The notes under the pieces are model-generated. The model was not told where the DNA came from and searched no databases. It was given only the letters and a program-made list of their open reading frames with translations. From contig BDGG01000010.1 of NCBI GenBank assembly GCA_001949185.1, positions 1,187,773-1,251,772 on the forward strand: a DNA stretch of 64,000 bases. Direction: 5' to 3'. The translations under genes and the position numbers were made by a program. Shown here in pieces: positions 63,985 through 64,000 of this stretch; positions within the stretch are counted from its first letter, which is position 1, and every line of letters starts with the position of its first letter. This DNA comes from Ramazzottius varieornatus (Eukaryota > Animalia > Tardigrada).

Positions 63985-64000
63985 AGAGAATCGAAAGTCC

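Overview
This is compact, intron-rich eukaryotic DNA with short GT-AG introns (mostly about 55-100 nt), so the ORF track shows only exon fragments. A three-exon CAHS (cytoplasmic abundant heat-soluble) gene at 35.7-36.5 kb points to a eutardigrade genome, most likely Ramazzottius-like (inference). Recognisable conserved genes are ZDHHC16, HIRIP3, GTF2E2 (TFIIE-beta), RPL5, PSME4 (PA200/Blm10) and CBS, plus two invertebrate-type PTB/PID-domain adaptor genes. Genes I cannot assign include a 932-aa intronless His-rich protein directly downstream of CAHS, a very basic coiled-coil protein head-to-head with CAHS, a disordered protein ending in a PP1-docking-like motif, and a ~16-kb multi-exon gene for a giant repeat-built low-complexity protein. 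Non-coding features include a clean TA-flanked MITE in a HIRIP3 intron, a decayed MITE, a twin 53-bp palindromic element and a possible ACA-box RNA in an RPL5 intron. The strongest candidate for an undescribed system is the CAHS-centred cluster of lineage-specific disordered proteins (32.4-40.1 kb). All exon boundaries were read by eye and need RNA-seq confirmation.
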